Shown: piece by piece, positions 60,543-64,000 of the stretch
Numbering within the stretch: the stretch's first letter is position 1
Layout of the letters: the number at the start of each line of letters is the position of its first letter
From: an uncultured Lachnospiraceae bacterium
GTDB taxonomy: Bacteria > Bacillota > Clostridia > Lachnospirales > Lachnospiraceae
Reading direction: 5' to 3'
Assembly: GCA_947167445.1 (NCBI GenBank)
Contig: CAMVID010000008.1
Location: forward strand, 206 to 64,205
DNA length: 64,000 nt
The notes under the pieces: generated by a model
What the model was told of the DNA's origin: nothing
The model's database searches: none
The model's input: the letters and a program-made list of their open reading frames with translations, nothing else
Position numbers and translations under genes: made by a program

Positions 60543-61103
60543 TTAGTCTTCCTTCATCACATCCCAGTTTTTGATCAGATAATCCAATAAGCTTATGATT
60601 GTAAGTGCCAAAGCAACATACATAACAATGGTTGTAAGAATCTGAAGAGCAGATATGTTGGCGAGCATAAGACAAATCATCACCATATGAGAAACTGTCT
60701 TTGACTTTCCCCACATGCTGGCCGCCAGTACTCTTCCCCTGTCAGATGCCACAAGTCTGAATCCGCTTATAATGAACTCTCTTGCAATGATAATAACCAC
60801 TACCCATGAAGGAATTCTTCCAAGTTCGATAAGGCAGATCATTGCCGAACATACAAGGAGCTTATCCGCAATGGGATCCATGAATTTGCCGAAGTTTGTA
60901 ATAAGATTGTGCTTTCTGGCAATCTTTCCGTCCGCCAAGTCTGTAAGGCTTGCAATAATGAAAATTCCAAGGCTTATGAAGTCTGCATACTCCGTTACAA
61001 AGCCCCAGTCAAAACCTGCATGTGCACACAAAAGAATCACTACAAAGGGAACAATAAGAATAACCCTCGCAATAGTAAGTTTATTTGGTAAATTCCATTT
61101 CAT
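60543..61103 (-). CDS. pgsA: CDP-diacylglycerol--glycerol-3-phosphate 3-phosphatidyltransferase
   Basis: 186-aa ORF with the CDP-alcohol phosphatidyltransferase motif DLADGKIARKHNLITNFGKFMDPIADK. Confidence 0.9.
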   Translation of the reverse strand: MKWNLPNKLTIARVILIVPFVVILLCAHAGFDWGFVTEYADFISLGIFIIASLTDLADGKIARKHNLITNFGKFMDPIADKLLVCSAMICLIELGRIPSWVVVIIIAREFIISGFRLVASDRGRVLAASMWGKSKTVSHMVMICLMLANISALQILTTIVMYVALALTIISLLDYLIKNWDVMKED

Positions 61104-61115
61104 AAAGCTCTCCTC

Positions 61116-62501
61116 CTATTCATTAACCGGTTCACCAATCAAATCGTATTCGTTGAAATCGGTGATTTTGACATCGATAAAATCACCGCTCATCAAATTC
61201 CGGTCCGTCTTGATAAAAACGTATCCATCTACACCCGGAGCATCCATGTAGGTTCTTCCAACATAAACGTCCTCATTGGTGTCTCTTCCCTCTATAAATG
61301 TGCGATAAACCCGTCCCACTCTCTTTTCGGACAAATCGTATGAAACCGCCTGCTGCAGCTCCATGATTTCGTCTCTTCTGGAATCCTTCACCTCATCCGG
61401 TACCTGGTTCTCCATAGTGGCTGCGGGAGTATTCTCCTCCGCCGAATATGAGAAAACTCCGAGTCTGTCGAACTCTATCTCATTGACGAAGCGATAAAGC
61501 TCTTCGAAATCCTCCTCCGTCTCTCCCGGGAATCCTGTAATAAGGGTGGTTCTTAAGCAAATATCCGGGATTTCCCGTCGAAGCTTGGCCACAATTCTTT
61601 CAATGTCGGCCTTGTCCGTCCGCCTGCCCATCCTCTTTAAGATGGAATCGCTGCAGTGCTGAATGGGCAAATCAAGGTAATTGCAAATCTTTGCTTCTTC
61701 CTTGATGGTGGCTATAAGCTCATCATCAATTTCCTCAGGATAGCAATACTGAATCCGAATCCACTCCAGTCCGTCTATCTTACATAACTCCTTTAAGAGT
61801 TTGGAAAGGCTCTTTTTGCCGTATAAATCTGTTCCGTAAAGAGTGGTTTCCTGGGCCACAAGAATTAATTCCTTAACCCCCTGATCTACCAGTTCCTTTG
61901 CCTCTTTAATGAGACTTTCCATGGGAACGGATCTGTACTTTCCTCTGATTTTGGGGATTATACAGTAGGTACAGTTCTTGCCGCAGCCTTCCGCAATCTT
62001 AAGGTGAGCATAATGCCCTCCCGTGGACACAAGTCTCTTCTTTCCCGTGATGCAGGGAGCGCTTATATCCTTGTAAAAACAGCGGCTTCCACTCTTCTCC
62101 AGACAATATTTGGTTGCCTTGACTATATCATCAAAAGAAGATGTCCCTACAATTGCATCTACCTCGGGAATCTCTTTAATAATATCCTCTTTATATCTCT
62201 CGGAAAGACAGCCGCACACAACAATTCCCTTAAGCTTACCGGACTTTTTAAGCTCAGCAACCTCAAGTATTGTGTTAATGCTCTCCTCCTTGGCATCACC
62301 GATAAAGCAGCATGTGTTGACTATAATCACATCTGCTTCCTCTTCGATATCGGTTATGCGATATCCCGCCTCGGAAAGCATGCCAAGCATCATTTCCGAG
62401 TCCACCAGGTTCTTATCGCAGCCTAGAGATATTAACATAATTAAAGGCGACTTTGAATCCTCAAACGTCGCCTTTATCGCATTATTATTCTGCTTCATCA
62501 T
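61116..62501 (-). CDS. rimO: Ribosomal protein S12 methylthiotransferase RimO
   Basis: 461-aa ORF with a UPF0004 N-domain, radical-SAM CGKNCTYC and a C-terminal TRAM-like domain. Confidence 0.85.
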   Translation of the reverse strand: MMKQNNNAIKATFEDSKSPLIMLISLGCDKNLVDSEMMLGMLSEAGYRITDIEEEADVIIVNTCCFIGDAKEESINTILEVAELKKSGKLKGIVVCGCLSERYKEDIIKEIPEVDAIVGTSSFDDIVKATKYCLEKSGSRCFYKDISAPCITGKKRLVSTGGHYAHLKIAEGCGKNCTYCIIPKIRGKYRSVPMESLIKEAKELVDQGVKELILVAQETTLYGTDLYGKKSLSKLLKELCKIDGLEWIRIQYCYPEEIDDELIATIKEEAKICNYLDLPIQHCSDSILKRMGRRTDKADIERIVAKLRREIPDICLRTTLITGFPGETEEDFEELYRFVNEIEFDRLGVFSYSAEENTPAATMENQVPDEVKDSRRDEIMELQQAVSYDLSEKRVGRVYRTFIEGRDTNEDVYVGRTYMDAPGVDGYVFIKTDRNLMSGDFIDVKITDFNEYDLIGEPVNE

Positions 62502-62727
62502 CGCTAAGGATCTTAATCTTACCTTCGTTTAACTCGTCAACTGCAATTGATAAAGGCTTTGTTGTAGCAGGTCTGTCAACCAAAGGCTCTGCTCCTGCAA
62601 TGAGCTGTCTTGCTCTCTTTGAGGTTGCCATTACGATGGAGTAACGGCTGTTTACTACAGGTGCCTCTCCGGGCTCAACCTCGCTGTTAACTACTTTCAT
62701 AAGATCTGAATATGAGGGATGTAACAT
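62485..62727 (-). CDS. rpoZ: DNA-directed RNA polymerase subunit omega
   Basis: 80-aa ORF with SRYSIVMATSKRARQL. It lies downstream of gmk, as is usual. Confidence 0.9.
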   Translation of the reverse strand: MLHPSYSDLMKVVNSEVEPGEAPVVNSRYSIVMATSKRARQLIAGAEPLVDRPATTKPLSIAVDELNEGKIKILSDDEAE

Positions 62728-62734
62728 ATTATTT

Positions 62735-63370
62735 CTATTCTCCTTTCAAACAGGTGCCAAGCTCATCTCTTAGCTCACCAATAAATTGTCTGTTACGTTT
62801 CGGCGCCGTCTTTGCGGCAGCCACAACATTTTTTATATTAGATACGCATTCATCGAGCTTATCATTGATAATAAGGTAATCGTAGTTTTCGATTCCCTTG
62901 GCTTCTTCAGCCGCTCTCTCAATACGTTTCTTTATCACTTCTTCTGTCTCGGTGCCTCTTGATCGTAATCTTCTTTCAAGCTCCGCAATACTGGGCGGTG
63001 TTATAAAGAAAAGCACCGCATCATCAAACTGCTCCTTAATCTTAAGTGCACCCTGAATTTCTATCTCAAGAATTACGTTCTTGCCCTGAGCCAGCTGACT
63101 TTCCACATATGCCTTGGGAGTTCCGTAATAGTTGTCACAATACTGAGCATACTCTAAAAGTCCGCCGGCTTCAATGGTTTCCTCAAATTTCTCCCTTGAA
63201 ACAAAGAAATAAGTTACCCCTTCTGCATCACCCGGTCTCGGTGCTCTGGTTGTCATGGAGATGGATAAAGCGTACGCATCCTTATCCTTAACCAGTTCAT
63301 TAACCACCGTGCCTTTGCCGGCCCCCGAAAAACCTGAAATGACTATCAATATTCCTCTGGGTTTACTCAT
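62735..63370 (-). CDS. gmk: Guanylate kinase
   Basis: P-loop [11 protein letters not shown] moved the start to ATG 63368-63370, with GGAGG 5 nt upstream. Confidence 0.9.
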   Translation of the reverse strand: MSKPRGILIVISGFSGAGKGTVVNELVKDKDAYALSISMTTRAPRPGDAEGVTYFFVSREKFEETIEAGGLLEYAQYCDNYYGTPKAYVESQLAQGKNVILEIEIQGALKIKEQFDDAVLFFITPPSIAELERRLRSRGTETEEVIKKRIERAAEEAKGIENYDYLIINDKLDECVSNIKNVVAAAKTAPKRNRQFIGELRDELGTCLKGE

Positions 63371-63620
63371 TTGCGCCTCCGTTTTCAATCTGTGCTCTGC
63401 TTGCTATTGTATCGGGAAGGAGAGCAGAAAGAATCACGTTCCCGTTTTCGGCAATAAGAACAGCCTTGGTCTTACGTCCCTGAGTGGCATCGATAATATT
63501 GCCCTCTTCTCTGGCTGTCTGGACAAGTCGTTTCATAGGAGCCGAGTCAGGGCTTACTATGGCCACTATCTTGTCTGTATTAACTATGTTGCCGAATCCT
63601 ATATGTGTAAATCTAGCCAT
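63363..63620 (-). CDS. remA: RemA/DUF370 family regulator
   Basis: 85-aa ORF reading [27 protein letters not shown] ... [13 protein letters not shown]. Confidence 0.85.
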   Translation of the reverse strand: MARFTHIGFGNIVNTDKIVAIVSPDSAPMKRLVQTAREEGNIIDATQGRKTKAVLIAENGNVILSALLPDTIASRAQIENGGANE

Positions 63621-63624
63621 ATTC

Positions 63625-64000
63625 TTATTCTATATTCTGAATCTGTTCTCTGACCTTCTCTATGTCGGTCTTTAATTCTATCGCAACATTGGAAATTGTC
63701 AAATCGTTGCACTTGGAAAGAATGGTGTTGGCTTCACGGTTCATCTCCTGAGCTATAAAGTCAAGCTTTCTTCCTACGCTTCCGCCCTCTGTAAGGGCCT
63801 CTTTTGTGGCTTCAATGTGGCTGTGGAGTCTGACAAGTTCCTCATCCACACAAACCTTATCTGCAAAGAGAGTTACCTCGGTGAGGATTCTGTTCTCATC
63901 GAACTGGGCATTGCCAATCATCTCCTCAACCTTCTCGGTAAGCTTCTTCTTATATTCATTTATAATAACAGGGGCTCTGTCCTCAATAATCGAAACGTTC
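63625..64000 (-). CDS. yicC: YicC family stress-induced protein, partial; N-terminus lies outside the window
   Basis: The C-terminus [21 protein letters not shown] ... [11 protein letters not shown] is YicC-like. The frame stays open upstream of the track Met to the window edge (…[26 protein letters not shown]…). Confidence 0.85.
   Translation of the reverse strand, partial: NVSIIEDRAPVIINEYKKKLTEKVEEMIGNAQFDENRILTEVTLFADKVCVDEELVRLHSHIEATKEALTEGGSVGRKLDFIAQEMNREANTILSKCNDLTISNVAIELKTDIEKVREQIQNIE

Overview
This is a 64-kb window from a Firmicute. Gene content and synteny look like Clostridia, probably Lachnospiraceae, but that is inference only. Nearly all genes are on the minus strand.

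**Left flank (1-18 kb):**
- priA (partial) and recJ
- a VOC / AraC / beta-helix locus
- a pheA-aroB-aroC-tyrA-aroF operon, preceded by what I read as a Phe/Tyr-rich leader-peptide attenuator
- an XRE-AbrB regulator plus an acyltransferase
- an MCP
- pyrR-pyrP with a canonical PyrR-binding leader

**Right flank (49.8-64 kb):**
- a C39-like protein, a GGDEF cyclase, an EEP-family protein and a Na/Pi transporter
- rny, recX, and recA with two SOS boxes in its promoter
- cinA, pgsA, rimO, rpoZ, gmk, remA and yicC (partial)

**Accessory core (18.2-49.8 kb), the interesting part:**
- A 1334-aa coiled-coil surface protein and an orphan antitoxin-type HTH regulator sit at its left end.
- A repeat-rich non-coding stretch follows: a roughly 290-bp nested palindrome and a 12-nt tandem array.
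- Two paralogous 60-aa ORFs are also present.
- The main feature is a tightly packed operon of about 25.7 kb (49438 to 23733, minus strand). It places an F1Fo-like ATPase gene set in the order c, b/delta, alpha, gamma, beta, epsilon.
- That gene set lies between three very large N-anchored fibre-like proteins of 2120, 542 and 3717 aa.
- The alpha and beta subunits keep their catalytic motifs. The c subunit has no membrane carboxylate and no a subunit is encoded.
- I propose a non-ion-coupled, F-ATPase-derived machine that works with giant surface fibres. I do not recognise it as a described system.

All product calls rest on motifs read by eye. No database search, HMM or folding program was run.
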